A DNA stretch of 64,000 nt from Histomonas meleagridis 2922-C6/04-290x (Eukaryota > Protista > Parabasalia): contig JAANOX010000205.1 in NCBI GenBank assembly GCA_020184695.1, positions 947,437 through 1,011,436 of the forward strand, in the 5' to 3' direction. Below the pieces are notes generated by a model, which saw nothing but the letters and a program-made list of their open reading frames with translations, did not search any database and had not been told where the DNA came from. Every line of letters starts with the position of its first letter. Position 1 is the stretch's first letter. The position numbers and the translations under genes are program-made. Shown here piece by piece: positions 63,685 to 64,000 of this stretch.

Positions 63685-64000
63685 GGTTTTAGAGGTCACT
63701 TTTGTTTACATGATTCCTTCTTGTAACTCTTTCAGTATACAAATTTTGCTCTAAATACAAAATTTTAAGAAAAAAAGAAGGCATGTAGATTCTATTGCAA
63801 AGTGATTGATGAGTTATGGATAAAAATTATGATTATGTATTAAATATAAATTTCTTTTTCAACATTATAGTAAAAACTTCATTTTTAATGTGATGAGTGA
63901 AATTTTCATGTAAGAAACTTGTTTCATGTTAGTTAACATGAAAATATTTATATTTTTTAAATTTTAAAATATTATTAAATTTATAAATGAATTGATTTCA

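Noticed and set aside
63706-63711. ATG-TAA start-stop element 27 nt upstream of the SGF29 ATG
   Set aside because: It probably lies upstream of the TSS given the short UTRs, and it is expected by chance in AT-rich DNA.

Overview
AT-rich, gene-dense eukaryotic DNA with no canonical introns recognised. It most likely comes from a parabasalid (Trichomonas/Tritrichomonas-like), judged from a BspA-type LRR surface gene, DUF3447-ankyrin genes, BTB/F5-8C-type genes, TCA(T/C)T initiator motifs just upstream of ATGs, and very short intergenic spacers. The window holds about 30 protein genes (including Nam8-like RRM, DDB1-like, importin-beta, Rab, cyclin B, synapsin-like, TOR-like PIKK, CUE-Smr, CK1, Sec8, CENP-S, cathepsin L, eIF2B-epsilon and SGF29), one tRNA-Ser(GCT), several pseudogenes or fragments, three simple tandem repeats and a 2.4-kb inverted duplication. 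The most striking signal is at 6459-7302. Consecutive stop-free ankyrin repeats there are each interrupted at the same codon position by an 80-83-nt AT-rich, hairpin-forming spacer that lacks trichomonad GT-AG/ACTAAC signals. The same exon-spacer unit recurs 35 kb away, which suggests a family of non-canonical intron-like elements. Other notable items are a TOR-like pseudokinase, a four-repeat beta-thymosin-like protein, a tail-anchored synapsin homolog, and CpG enrichment at gene 3' ends. All family calls come from motif recognition by eye; no database search was run.
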